Shown: positions 1-11,660 of the stretch, in pieces
How the letters are laid out: every line of letters starts with the position of its first letter
Numbering within the stretch: position 1 is the stretch's first letter
DNA from: Flectonema sp. DT1601
Lineage: Eukaryota
Length of the DNA stretch: 64,000 nt
Direction: 5' to 3'
Assembly: GCA_964019425.1 (NCBI GenBank)
Contig: OZ025785.1
Span: 868,001-932,000, forward strand
Translations under genes and position numbers: made by a program
Notes under the pieces: generated by a model
The model's input: only the letters and a program-made list of their open reading frames with translations
Told to the model about the DNA's origin: nothing
Databases searched by the model: none

Positions 1-1024
1 TGTTAGCTTCTGGTACCCAGTAGCAGAAGTAGTTTTCAGTTGGTGACCACTCAAGAGATTTAATACCTGGCTTGTAGATAGTAGTTGTTCTCTCAGGATC
101 TGGTTGGTATAACTTCATTCCCTGCTCAAGATCATATAACAAGATGTTATCAGTTGATAACTTAGCTAAGAACTGTTCATCATGAGACCACTTGAATGGC
201 CACTGAGTGTCTCCAGTGTATGGAACTTGAAATCTTCTAATCTTCTTACCGAGTTGAACGTCCCATACAATAAGTTCTGATGACCAAGTGATGAGGTATT
301 TCTCTTTTGGACTCCAGTCAATGTTTTGGACTTCGTTGTGTGAAAACTGACCCATCTTTGTCCAGTTCTTACCTCCCCACAAGTTAATTCCCTTTTCAGT
401 AAAGGTGACGAGGTATGTACCAAGAGGGGACCATGCTGCGAAGAGCTTTGTCCAGTTAGACTTCTCGTAAACCTTTTTCATGATGTCAGAAGGCTGAAGA
501 TCAGTTGCTGAGGTGACCTGGTAGTCGTTCCAGAAGACTCCCATTGTGTGATCATCACTTCTTCCAGGCATTGCGTGTCTAATGAAATATTGTTCTCTAG
601 CTGTGTCATCACAGAGGTACTCATACAGAGGTTCTTCATTAAACTTATCCATTTCAAGTGATGGGTTGGCGTATACATCTGGAGTGTCTTTAATCTTGTC
701 CCATTCGGTAAACAAGTTTGTTCTCAAAACGTGATTCTTATCAAACTTTAATCCATGAAGTCTTCTTACAACTTCTTCAGCATCTTGCTTCTTTGGGAAT
801 GCAGCAAAACAGAATCCAAGAGTTGTTAAGTCATCATCTTGTGGCATGTGAATAAAAGTTGCCTCTTTCTCAGTCTTCTCACGAATCTTCTTTGCCAATA
901 CTGCTTTTAACTTCTCCAACTTTGCTGGGTCTACAGTCGGAAGGCAATCAATAATTACTAAGGCATCCTTCGATCTGTCGACTCTCTCATCGATGTAGGA
1001 CGCTACCGCCTCTTGTTCAGACAT
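1..1024 (-). CDS. EIF3B: Translation initiation factor 3 subunit B (N-terminal part; runs off window start)
   Basis: Manual translation from ATG at 1024: MSEQEAVASYIDERVDRSKDALVIIDCLPTVDPAKLEKLKAVLAKK...LGFCFAAF...LHGLKFDKNHVLRTN (eIF3b RRM), then WSPLGTYLVTF (beta-propeller). Missing from the ORF track because no stop lies in the window. Confidence 0.9.
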   Translation of the reverse strand, partial: MSEQEAVASYIDERVDRSKDALVIIDCLPTVDPAKLEKLKAVLAKKIREKTEKEATFIHMPQDDDLTTLGFCFAAFPKKQDAEEVVRRLHGLKFDKNHVLRTNLFTEWDKIKDTPDVYANPSLEMDKFNEEPLYEYLCDDTAREQYFIRHAMPGRSDDHTMGVFWNDYQVTSATDLQPSDIMKKVYEKSNWTKLFAAWSPLGTYLVTFTEKGINLWGGKNWTKMGQFSHNEVQNIDWSPKEKYLITWSSELIVWDVQLGKKIRRFQVPYTGDTQWPFKWSHDEQFLAKLSTDNILLYDLEQGMKLYQPDPERTTTIYKPGIKSLEWSPTENYFCYWVPEAN

Positions 1025-1572
1025 TTTATATAATGTTCTGGTAATGAATGATTTAAATATGATGATTTTAATTTATTATTTCAAAAAAAATAACAATCGA
1101 CAAATCCCTAGAAAGGGTTGTACTTCAGTACCTTCTCAACTGTCTTATCAGAGTTCTGTACAAGAAATTGAACTGCTGGTGTTGTTACTCCAAGATATGA
1201 ATGAAATAAACAACTTCTGGTTTTACATTTATTCAGAGATTGAGTTTTCATATTTTTTTTTTTTTTTTTGAAAATTATTTTTTTTAATATTCTTTTTCTT
1301 TCTTTCTTATCCCTGAAAAAAGATGAATTAAAACATAATGGCTGAAAATCATTACTAATATGTATAGAATAAGGACAGCCGTTTTTTGATGCGGTTGTTC
1401 CATCTGACTCAGGTCCCTGATCTGGGACTTATACTCAGTGCGACCTATCTACTGTTACTGGTTCACACTATAGATGCTGTGGTTCTTTAAAAAGGGTCGG
1501 ATGTCAAGAATGTACTTCCTTTGTTAGAGTATAACTCAAACTCACATTCCTTTCAAAAAGCCTGGGTCGTCG

Positions 1573-1605
<33 letters not shown>

Positions 1606-1715
1606 ATTAAAAAAGAATTTAAAAAAAATATAATTGAGGTAAGAAATAGTCAGAATGCTGATTACGAACAAAAGCAGGGCAAGGAACGGGTCGTCAAATT
1701 GGGAAACTCGATTTT

Positions 1716-2405
1716 GGGAGCATTTACTGGTTCAATTCCATGATGGTGTTGACAACATCACCTGTTTTGTTATTGTTTATGTTTATGGAAATGTATGGAA
1801 ACGTGCGTAGTGCTCGTGTTTGGATGAAAACAGAAAAAGGTGGTTGCGCAGCAGCAGCAACACATACCGTTGTTCTTCTTGAGGGCCTTGATGGCCTTCT
1901 TTCTGTTGACACCACTGATCTGGCTCATGATGATTTCGATGTCCTTCTCGGTGACTCCCTCAAGGTCCTCCTCCTCATCGTCCTCATCATCCTCATCGGC
2001 CTCCTCCTCTTCAGGGGTCTTTCCTTCAACCTTACCCTCGGCGTTGGCCGCGGCGGCTGCCTGGAAGGCCTTCATGAGCTCCTCCTCCTTGGCGGCGCTG
2101 ATGTCGTCCAACTTTGGCTCACCGTACACAACGTAGGTTCCTCCGCTGACGAACACGTCAGGGTTGCTGATCACGAACGTGCTGGTCTTGTTTCTCTTCA
2201 TCGTGACCTTCGCAACTCCAGGGAATGGCTTCATTCCTAACTTCGCCATCGCCTTTCTCGCCTTCTTGTCTCCCTTTCCGGTCTTTCCGGCTGGAGTGTC
2301 AACGTTCTCAGCTGGGGCCTCGGCGTTCTCGAGAGCTGGTGCCTCGTCGTCCGACTCTTCCTTGGTCTCTACAACCTTCTTTTCAACGGCCTCAGTCATT
2401 TTGTT
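1716..2405. repeat. 690-bp direct repeat, unit 1 (unit 2 = 6364-7053)
   Basis: No mismatch seen by eye, and overlapping ORF translations are identical. Identity stops 8 nt past the stop codon and 6 nt before the ATG. Confidence 0.92.
1724..2399 (-). CDS. NACA: Nascent polypeptide-associated complex alpha subunit, copy 1 (exons 2399-1868, 1761-1724)
   Basis: NAC domain (KARKAMAKLGMKPFPGVAKVTMKR..FVISNPDVF..TYVVYGEPK). Removing intron 1762-1867 (GTATGT...AAAACAG) restores the UBA C-terminus KKNNGDVVNTIMELNQ*. Confidence 0.95.
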
Positions 2406-4190
2406 GTGTTTTTTGATTCGAACCTTCGCAAATAGAAATCAACATTAACACACCCAACATAATACAGCATCCCAACATCAGAACACTATTTCGTTAATTG
2501 AAGTTACCAATTGATACCTGAGAAACGAAGAAGCTCAAACGAACAATGGAAACTCTCAACACTAAACACACCACGTAATAGCACCTGACCAGTATTGCAG
2601 GACAAGTCCTAAAGTACAAATAAAAAAGACAACTCTATGAGTGACAGCGTTACTTTACCAGGACAGACTGTCAGGTTCGCAAGTAGGTAGTCAGCAATTA
2701 TTCAACTTTGTAAGAAGAAAATTGTTAGTAAGGCACACGAGTAAACAAATGTTTATTGGCATTTGGCAACGATAGCCAGTAGTGCTACAGGTCTCACATT
2801 CATCTCCTAACAGGAAACTATCAGAAGGTGTTTATTAGCGACAGTTGACATATAACTGTCAGCAAATTTCAAAAAGGCACATTGACAGTGGGCAGTGCAT
2901 GCTTGCCACACCCTCTATAGAATCACAGAAACAAACAAACTAATGCAGCTTCTTACAAAGAAATAGTTCACTAAAAAAAAAAAACGAACAGATAATATGA
3001 TTCATGCGGCGTTCACATAAAGATTCACACATGGTCTCTCAACAAGGTTCACTACCAAAATACGTCAAAGAGAATTTTGGGTGAGTAACTTGTATCAGAA
3101 AAGGTGTAGTCAGATACTACCACACCATAACAAAACAGAGTAAACGTACGTACGCGTGAACGACGAAATCATTCACAGTAGAATATAATAAAGTTATGCA
3201 TAAAAATAACAAAATAACCTAAAAGATGTAAATACTACTTCGAGGCGAGCAACTCCGACCGAATTGGAATCACAAGGAAGAAGGGGAGTGGGTCTACTGA
3301 ACGTCGGAGGCATAAAAGAGCGAAGTACATTCAACTAATCTTCACAGACAGGGTGGGACGATAAGTTGACACACGAGCTTGCTCAGAACAAAAGAACCAA
3401 AATGCGTCCCATTCAAAAAAAATAACTCAACTTGTTAGCTGTAAAACCTTCACCGATAGACAACTCTTGTGTAAATATACCGTCAGGAGGTGGCCACCTC
3501 AGCATTGAATCAAACGAGAGTGAGGAAGTTATTCGCATGCATTGTAGAGCATATGCTGAGCACCACAGAAATCTTGCTAAGTCGACAGCATCTGCGCCTA
3601 TCAGGAAGGTTTTCTTTAAACAACCCTACCCTACAAAGAACTGTTAAAAGTGAGCCCCCAACACCAAACTTATAGCATCAGTAATGGCCCCTTCAAGTAT
3701 TAATAATTACTTTGCGGGTTTTCGCAATTTTTTTCGGACCTTTTCGGCCCAAACGGCAAACTTGCCGTCCATCGAGTTGTACACACACGCCTTATTCCCT
3801 TTGCTAAATTTTTGAAAAAATGCAAAAAAAGAAAAGAAGAAAAAAAAAAAGGGATGGTTTCACCCGTTGTTTTTTTTTTTAAGGGTTAAAGTTAGTATGA
3901 ACCGAATGAAATGTTATCAGGTCGGCACAACTACTTACACAAAACAAGAGATGAACGATAAGAAAATCCACAAGTAAAAAAAGAGGAAGAACATTCTTCT
4001 TTCCAAAAAAATACTAAGGAGAGAGTCAACTAATTAGCGTAAATGAATAACACAAACACATTATAACAACAAAGGTTAAAGTACACATCCAGTATACATT
4101 ACGAATTTAGTTGAAGAGATGAATAAAGAGCGATGACAACTTTATTAGAGTAGCTTTGAGACTCTGTAGAAATCAACGTTCTGGGAGGAG

Positions 4191-4222
<32 letters not shown>

Positions 4223-4588
4223 CATTCCCAAAAAGGGAATTTCGATATAATCTAAGTCGATTATGTCGATCAGATAAATAAAAATAAAAATATTAAAAAA
4301 AATAAAATAAAAGTAACGTCACAGTTCACTGGATTCTTTCAGCCCTTCGGGGCAATAGTTTTTTTTTTTTTTCCGAAAAATCTTATCTAAGGCCTAAAAC
4401 GATAACCAGAATATAAGTAGAAAAATATACAAGTTAAGTGCAAGTCCGGTTTAAAAAACAAACAACCGAAGGAACAAAAAAAAAATTTTTTTTTTCACCA
4501 CCTAATCCAAGGTTACCGAGAAGGCTCTTATTGCAGATACAAAAATAAGTAAGAGCTTGACACGCTGAGAGAAACCAGGTATGTCGTA

Positions 4589-4670
4589 GAACGCAGACAG
4601 GGCCCTGTCGCACGGGGGAGTGGAGTCGTGACTAAGAAATATGAATGGTTTCTTCTCCGACTATGTCGGC
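4589..4670. repeat. Dispersed intergenic repeat, copy A
   Basis: GAACGCAGACAG-nnn-CCTGTCGCAC ... TCTTCTCCGACT followed by an A-rich tail; shared with 45376-45470 and partly with 41980-42040. Confidence 0.7.
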
Positions 4671-4747
4671 ATAAAAATAAAAAATAAAAAAAGAGAGGGA
4701 GAGAGAGAGTGAGATATTTGTGCTAAAAGCTATCCATATACCAACTC

Positions 4748-5926
4748 TCAACATCGCAGATGCAACAACCTGTCTGGACTTCCTTCAAGATGTAATATTC
4801 CACTTCTTGAAGAAGTTATTAAGGCGTTTTTGATATCTGCGGGAGTGGCAGGCCCCGCAGTCAACAGAACGGCCATTGCACCAGCAACGTGTGCAGCTGC
4901 CATTGAAGTTCCTGAGAGTGTAGCATAAGCAGTGTTACTAGAAGCGTATGCAGAAACAGTACCAGTACCAGGTGCGAAGATGTCAACGCAATTACCGAAG
5001 TTAGATGATGGCGATCGCATGTCAAAGGGGAATTTCTTATTGTCAGAATTCAGGTCAGTTGACCCGACAGTTACACCAGACTCTGATAGAGCAGGACTAT
5101 AAAGGCAAGCATCTACTTGTTGATTCCCTGCAGCTATTGAAAAACTGATGCCTTCCTTAACAGCTTCATCAACAGCTTTTGATAATATCCAACTCCTTGA
5201 CTTTACTCCGAGTGATAAATTAGCAAGCGATGGTTTAGAACGAGATTTTGAGCTGGAAACTGTCCATTCAATGCCTGCAATGACTGAAGCAATCGAACCA
5301 ACTCCATTATCGGCTAAGACCTTCACAGCTATTACTGTTGTGTTCTTAGCTATTCCGTACATACCACCTGCTACAGTACCAGCACAGTGAGTTCCATGAC
5401 CGTTATGGTCGGTGTCATCACCTCCAATGCTGTTAAATCCCCAAATACATCTGTTCCCAAACTCCTGATGACTACATCTAACACCTGTATCAATAATATA
5501 CGCATCTACATTAGTACCCCAATCCTTGTTATGAGTGTAGTCTGCTAAGGTGTCTCTTGGTGATGATGATGTTATTCTTTTTTGACCCCAAGAGATGGGA
5601 CTACTCTGATGATGTGAACATTTTAAATTATCCAAACTCGCGGTTGTCACAATTAAATTGTGTTCTACAACATCAACATTTTTATGTGAAGAAACCCACC
5701 GCAGTTGCTTGTTTGATAATGTTGCGTGAATCGCTTTGAAAGTTTCACCTATTGAACATTTTCTTATTCCATCCAATGCATCAAATAGTTCATTGTGATC
5801 ATCAAAAGTAGTATTTGGATACAGCAAAATCAAATACTCATCCCGAATATATCTACTACCGGGTACGGCAATGTCAGCAACACTAATAGCGGTAAGTGAG
5901 AACAGAATGAATAGCTTAAATTTCAT
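4748..5926 (-). CDS. Secreted subtilisin-like serine protease (S8A, proteinase K-like) with I9-type propeptide
   Basis: Signal peptide; catalytic motifs IIDTG, HGTHCAG, GTSMAAAHVAG; oxyanion-hole motif AAGN. Confidence 0.93.
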   Translation of the reverse strand: MKFKLFILFSLTAISVADIAVPGSRYIRDEYLILLYPNTTFDDHNELFDALDGIRKCSIGETFKAIHATLSNKQLRWVSSHKNVDVVEHNLIVTTASLDNLKCSHHQSSPISWGQKRITSSSPRDTLADYTHNKDWGTNVDAYIIDTGVRCSHQEFGNRCIWGFNSIGGDDTDHNGHGTHCAGTVAGGMYGIAKNTTVIAVKVLADNGVGSIASVIAGIEWTVSSSKSRSKPSLANLSLGVKSRSWILSKAVDEAVKEGISFSIAAGNQQVDACLYSPALSESGVTVGSTDLNSDNKKFPFDMRSPSSNFGNCVDIFAPGTGTVSAYASSNTAYATLSGTSMAAAHVAGAMAVLLTAGPATPADIKNALITSSRSGILHLEGSPDRLLHLRC

Positions 5927-6371
5927 TGTTGCAGTGGAATGAATCTGAAGGTTTTAAAAAAACAAAAGAAGAAAAAAAAAGTAAAACAGTCTGAATTATA
6001 AACCAATAGGGTGCAATAAATCTTCTAAGCCGTTTTCGCACCCAGTTCATTTTTTTTTTTTCCCTGAAGGAGCTGAGTGGCGTATGTGGCAGAATACACG
6101 GATCTTTTGTATGTTTTTTTTTTTTTTTTGAGTTTTTTTTTTTTTTTTTGGATCTTTTTTTTTTTTTTTTTTTTTTCGGGAGGGAATGGAGGGGGCCAAA
6201 AATTGGGCAAAAATATGATGAATAAAGAAATAATAATAAATTCTTTCCATATTACCAACAATTACCTATCCAGGAAGCAGTACTGCACCACGACCTGCTC
6301 ATGAAACCAATTGGGACACTAAGAGGAGACCCAATAGTCTTCTTACCAGAAAACAGGTATGCAGGGAGCAT

Positions 6372-7047
6372 TTACTGGTTCAATTCCATGATGGTGTTGA
6401 CAACATCACCTGTTTTGTTATTGTTTATGTTTATGGAAATGTATGGAAACGTGCGTAGTGCTCGTGTTTGGATGAAAACAGAAAAAGGTGGTTGCGCAGC
6501 AGCAGCAACACATACCGTTGTTCTTCTTGAGGGCCTTGATGGCCTTCTTTCTGTTGACACCACTGATCTGGCTCATGATGATTTCGATGTCCTTCTCGGT
6601 GACTCCCTCAAGGTCCTCCTCCTCATCGTCCTCATCATCCTCATCGGCCTCCTCCTCTTCAGGGGTCTTTCCTTCAACCTTACCCTCGGCGTTGGCCGCG
6701 GCGGCTGCCTGGAAGGCCTTCATGAGCTCCTCCTCCTTGGCGGCGCTGATGTCGTCCAACTTTGGCTCACCGTACACAACGTAGGTTCCTCCGCTGACGA
6801 ACACGTCAGGGTTGCTGATCACGAACGTGCTGGTCTTGTTTCTCTTCATCGTGACCTTCGCAACTCCAGGGAATGGCTTCATTCCTAACTTCGCCATCGC
6901 CTTTCTCGCCTTCTTGTCTCCCTTTCCGGTCTTTCCGGCTGGAGTGTCAACGTTCTCAGCTGGGGCCTCGGCGTTCTCGAGAGCTGGTGCCTCGTCGTCC
7001 GACTCTTCCTTGGTCTCTACAACCTTCTTTTCAACGGCCTCAGTCAT
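6372..7047 (-). CDS. NACA: NAC alpha subunit, copy 2 (exons 7047-6516, 6409-6372)
   Basis: Identical to copy 1 at offset 4648, including intron 6410-6515. Confidence 0.95.
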
Positions 7048-8161
7048 TTTGTTTTGGTTTCTTGATGTGTCTGATCAGACGAATGTAATAAATAAAATAA
7101 AAGAAACATACAATGTACTAGTGCTTTGTTATATACAAGAAAATTATATTTAAAAAATTAACGCCCTTTGGGGCAAAAAAGAGGAGAATAAAAGAAAAAT
7201 AGAACAGGGACTGGAAGAGCGTTGGTGCGGGGCTTCTTCTATTTATATTGGTAGGGGATGAGAAGGAAGGAAGGGCTATTTTTTTTTTTTTTTTTTTTTG
7301 TTCTCCGTTTCTTCTGGTCAGTTACTTTTATCACCCTCAACCACTATTTACAAAACGTACTACTTTTTATTTTTTTTTTTTTTCCCTTCTTTTTCTTTTC
7401 GATATATCACTCACAGGAAGCGCATTCCCACAAAAGGTATCAAACGTATATAATTACGTCTCTATAGCTGATTATTTTAGTGATTGGAATGAGCTGGATA
7501 CCTGCTTCACTGCCTCTACCAAACGGTTCTTACTTTATAGAACGTAACGAAAAGACAACACTATTTATTGGTGAATTTTACACCACAAATTACGGTATGA
7601 AAGATGATGCAAAACAGAATGTGGTAGAAAAAGTGTTGGGAGATTTGAGTTTCTTTTTTTTTTTTTTTTTTTTTTGTTCTTTCATGCGCCACAGACAATC
7701 AATAACTATTCCCTTTGTGTTCCAGAACTGTGCTTGCTAACATTCCTGGTACGTGGGGGGGGGGGGGGGGCTAACGGTAGTAGGAATTATATTTTTAATA
7801 AACGATATTTGAATAAAAGCAAGCTGACTGTTTCCTGTTTCCTTGTACTGGATTCGGGTGTACCATATGTCGTAAAGCAGAACTCATTTCAATGCAAAGA
7901 GGGGAAAAGAGAGAGACCAAAATCAACATACCACGAAAAAAGAGTTGTACATTTTCTTCTTACTTAACTTCGCTAATTGTGATACGTGAATCATCACATA
8001 GTTCTCCAGCAAAGAGAAAATATGAACCAGGCGATTAACTACTGAAAAAATACTTTGAATCGTTAGTGCACGGCCTCATTGCGGCCGTGGCCGATGGGTA
8101 ATGTGTGTGTCAAGTTACTACAAATCGGCCAAATTGGCACTAAGCCTAATGTAACCGTCTT

Positions 8162-8198
<37 letters not shown>

Positions 8199-8989
8199 AA
8201 AAGGAAGGAATTTCTTTTAAAAAAAATACAAGAATAAAACACTTGTTAAAACTACCCAACGGTACCAATACTGGCACAGAACAGAATGTTGAGCTGCTAA
8301 TATTTTCTTTTTACAGAAAACAGCAATACGGAGACAAGTCTCAACGCACGAATAAACGACAGGTACGTTCACATGTCCCGTGGACCACTAATAGTGAAGT
8401 GGTGAGAGGAAGAAGGTCATTTCATATCAAGAGGGTAAAAAGGGGAGGGGATCGACTAACACGATACCGAAGAAACGTGTGGGGAAAATGAAATACTCAA
8501 ATACATGACAGATTACAGGACCGCGCTACTGAAAGCAAAAAACAAAAACAAAAATTACTTTCAAACAATAACAGGGTAAGTGCTCCATAGCATTCGCAAA
8601 CGCAAAAAATAGGGGACTGAGGCTATTCTGAACATAGAAATGATCACAATGCCGCTCTGTCTTTTTTTTAGTGTACTTTATAAGTAGAGAGAGGGTGTAA
8701 ATCTTTGCAGCAAGGCAATAGCGCCTTTTCTTTTTTTTTTTTTAAACTTCTTTTTTCTTTTTTTTTTCTCGTCTGAGGGATTTGTTCTCCCCGAGTAAAC
8801 TCCGTCAGAAAAACAAAGGACAAGGGAAGAAAGAAACTTTTCTTGATAGCAATTTAGTAGTTTTTTTTTTGTTGTTGTTTTTTTTTTTTTTTGCAAGCGA
8901 AAGAAACGCTGGCCATCTCCAGTCAGGGCCGGGATATTGCTCCTGGCTATGAAAGATGGGGATATCGAAAATACCTGCAGGTACTTCGG

Positions 8990-11660
8990 CTAGAATGCTA
9001 CTGGTATTGTCTCAAAAGCCATGAGAAGAGTAATTGTAACAAAAACTGTGTACAGGATGAAACTTAACCCACCAAGAAGCTGGTTTAACCTCCAACCCAA
9101 CAAGGCTATTGCAGCAATCGTACAAATAAGCATTCCAACAAGCATTAAAACTGAAGAGCCAAGTGACTTAGCCTCAACTTCGATACCTTGTCCCCCGTGT
9201 GTTACTGACCAGAAGAACCACGGCATAGGAAGACCAAACGTCACATCAAATATATTACTTCCAATAGAAGAAGACACAGCCATGTCACCCTTACCAGATC
9301 TAGCAACAATAACACTACTAATGAGATCAGGAACAGATGTACCAGCAGCTAATATTGTGATCCCCATTACAACTGATGGGATCCCTAAAGTGTCTCCAAG
9401 TGTTTCAGCCCACCAAACCATTAAATATGAGAAGAACCCAATCCAACCAATTGATCCGAGAAATCCTCCCACGTATGAGAATCCAAAACTGGATCCGAAC
9501 TTTTCTTTTAAGTGTTTTGCATATATTGGTGATGGAGCATTGTCATTAGATGCGGACCATCCAAGAAAAACTGCGGCTTGTGCATGTCCAGTTCCACCAT
9601 CGGAGTCAAAAGATTCAATAAGTGACAGCACTACTTCTGAAGCAGGTCGGGAATCACCTTCTTCACGAAGTTCATCATCGTCTTTAAGTAATTGAGCTGC
9701 GTGGTCTTTAAACCAACTCATACCATGAAGAATAGTACTGCCATCAGACCTCGTCTTTAGACCTCCTAGGCGATATAACCTTAGGGCTAGTTGACTCATC
9801 CTTTGCTCACGAGCGAACTGTTTTTTATTTGTTTTGGTTTGTATGAATTGTGGCCTTCATTCTCAGTATCACTAGGAACATACCATTTCTTTTTCTTCTC
9901 CAAGCTTCTCACCGCAAGGTAAGATTGCCCAAAGTGGGAAGTTCAATGGGAACAACAACAACCATTTAATAATTCCATCACTTGGTGGTAACGGAGACCA
10001 TGGCTGGTCTTCTTCTTCTTCTTCTTCCTCTTCGTCGTCTTCGGTCCCCCTGTTGTCTGACTGGTTTTCCTGTTTTGAATTGTAATGTCCGTGAAAATGG
10101 AGGAAACGTTTGTGCAACTTCCCCATAAAACCTGATAGTTTTCAGTGACACAACATACCTTCCCCTTGTCAGCTTGTCCAGGTGCAGTTTCTTTTGGTGC
10201 TAAGGAGCTGCGCTGCTTGGTGAGGAGTTGAGCTGTTGAGGATCGGCGGGCTTTACTCTTTGCCTGTGTTTTGTTTGATTTTATTCCGTTCATTTCATTT
10301 CTCCTCAAGTGGGTGAACCATGACTACATACCTGAACCCAACCAGTACCAGAACCCTCAGGCTTTTTGCTTTTAAGCTCCTCGTCTTCTTCAGACGTGTG
10401 GGTTTTGCCTGTTTCTGGGGAAACCTTGACACTTCGCTCGTCGAGTTTTCGGCGTATGAAAGAATAACATGTTTCATTCCATCCCATGAAGACAACATAA
10501 CAAGCGTAGCATAACAAAAGTAATCCAGACTCCCAAACGTCGATTCTCTTGTCTCTGAAGAAGATAACAAGCAAGATGAGATCAGCTAAATAAAATGCAC
10601 TATCTCTAGCAAGAGGCCACCAAGTCAGAGGCAATCCTCCAGTGTCTGCAGCCATGTGACGGGTTGCCAAAGCACATGCACCGATCACAAATAACACATT
10701 GAACACTGCACTGCCTACAATCGTTCCGAAACCAACGTCAGACCTGTTTTTTGTTAAAGCGTACGAAGTTGCAAACGTGAATACATTTTACCTCCTACTA
10801 CACCACTGATAGAAGATTAGAAAAACATACTTAGCAAAGAACACTCCAATGAAAGAAGTGAACAGTTCTGGAGCAGAACCTCCTGCCGCCATGAAAGTGG
10901 CGCCCGCAACATCGTCAGAGAGTTGTAATTTAACTGAGAGCGCTTCTAATGCTGGTACGAAGTAATCATCGCAAACAATTGCGAGAGCGAAGAACATGTA
11001 AAATATTCCCAAGACGTACAATACTAAAGCTCCCTGCTGTCTCTGTTTCTTTGAAAAGACGTCCGGGGGATAAAGTGCACCATCATCTGATTTAATTTTA
11101 CAACTTATTCCATCTCTGAATATATCAGCAGAATCAATTGAAACAATATCACAAGTAGTAGTCTCTGCTGGTCTACATGTTTGTGTTCCAACGAGAAGAG
11201 TGAATTTAGTTCCATCCGCATGAGCTATGACTGCATTCTGCTTTGTTGTTGTTATGATAACGTCGTCGTATAATATGCAGGGTGATCCTTTCTTGCGAAA
11301 GAAGTCGAACTCGTCAGTAATAAAGTCAGTCAAAGGATCAATCTTACTACATACCCAACCAGGTATGAGATCATCAGCAGAAGGGTTTCTAGGCCAGCGA
11401 TATCCAGGACATAGTGCTAGGCTGTTGCAGATGTTTTGACAGTCTAGTTTTGATTCACAAGGTGCTCCAAATAAACATTTTATGTTCCGCTCATCAGTCA
11501 TTCCAACATACTCTGGAACTACAGCTAACAGTTGTCTATGGGGACCTTCCAGTGTATCAATCTCTTCTTCATCTCTTCCTTGCCATGAAACAAACAATAG
11601 CGATAATGTTATCAGTACGCTTATCGACACCCGCAGCGCCGACTTGCGTCTTCTCATCAT
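8990..11660 (-). CDS. K+-dependent Na+/Ca2+ exchanger (NCKX/SLC24 family), 5 exons
   Basis: Alpha-1 repeat [29 protein letters not shown] and alpha-2 repeat [25 protein letters not shown]. Frame-preserving GT-AG introns at 10744-10830, 10264-10331, 10070-10158 and 9818-9883. Confidence 0.92.

Noticed and set aside
2417..2426. GGTTCGAATC B-box-like motif (also 32384-32394 and 34388-34396)
   Set aside because: No T-stem pairing, A box or cloverleaf; not tRNAs.
1740..2448. Plus-strand ORFs overlapping NACA, and similar antisense ORFs over other genes
   Set aside because: Shadow ORFs produced by the codon bias of the real minus-strand genes; no recognisable motifs.
3492..3537. GGCCACCTCA...GAGGAAG resembling the ingi/L1Tc 5' signature (HDV-like ribozyme)
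   Set aside because: The P1 pairing and central segment are absent; probably chance.
6025..6304. Poly-Lys and poly-Phe ORFs here and throughout the intergenic DNA
   Set aside because: Artefacts of A/T homopolymer runs.
10132..10158. Possible 27-nt mini-intron in NCKX
   Set aside because: Leads into the wrong downstream frame; the acceptor at 10070 restores the protein.
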